Shown one piece after another: positions 45,305 through 45,685 of a stretch of DNA of 45,685 nt. The stretch covers positions 35,436,758 through 35,482,442 of the forward strand of contig NC_068997.1 of assembly GCF_001194135.2 (NCBI RefSeq). Reading direction: 5' to 3'. A program made the position numbers and the translations under genes. The notes under the pieces were generated by a model. It had not been told where the DNA came from and searched no databases. It saw nothing but the letters and a program-made list of their open reading frames with translations. This DNA is from Octopus bimaculoides (lineage: Eukaryota). Positions within the stretch are counted from its first letter, which is position 1. Each line of letters opens with the position of its first letter.

Positions 45305-45685
45305 ATAAACACACGTGGGTTAAGTGATAGCTTTGGCACTGGTATCGTAAGATCGCCTTTTACCCATTTATATTGTGTAATTTACTGACAAATTGTTACA
45401 TACCTCTTTGTTTCATTGTTGTTAAATAAATGGATTGTCAGTAAACATTTGTCTTCAGCGTGAAATATAAACAAAACTCTTTTGCTCCCAAAGTAGTATG
45501 TGAGTGTGTGTGTGTGTGAGAGTGAGGGGGGGGGGAGAAAGATGAATGATTTATAATAAATAAATGATTTAAAATATATTTTAATTGTTGTGTGAGAAAG
45601 TATATATAATCTCATTATAAAATATAGTGTCTTTCAAAAACATCCTATATTTGAAACTATATCTCATGTTTAAGAAAAAAAAATC

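Noticed and set aside
1-45685. Sense-strand bias of RTE copies (7 plus, 2 minus)
   Set aside because: Too few copies to distinguish from chance.

Overview
AT-rich eukaryotic genomic DNA that is mostly decayed transposons and microsatellites. The repeat families look like those of a coleoid cephalopod, probably Octopus (my recognition, not a database result). The only host coding sequence I can support is two in-frame plus-strand internal exons (14960-15133 and 34268-34369). Their joined peptide resembles the kinetochore protein CENP-N, so the whole window is probably intronic CENPN sequence with a 19.1 kb intron between the exons. Mobile elements: nine RTE-clade LINE fragments, a CR1/L2-like LINE, an R4/Dong-like LINE, a Ty3/Gypsy provirus, a Penelope-like element, two mariner families, a Tc1/Tc3-like element, a TTAA MITE, a Helitron 3' end and several SINEs. 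The most unusual items are a C4HC3 PHD-like finger inside the reverse transcriptase of the dominant RTE family, a 13-unit CRISPR-like hairpin array in one RTE 3' UTR, a recurrent fold-back mariner that keeps only its DNA-binding domain, a four-level transposon nest, a candidate hammerhead ribozyme and several long near-perfect palindromes. Nearly all ORFs in the supplied track are transposon debris or chance frames. Identities quoted are hand counts, and the boundaries of degraded elements are approximate.
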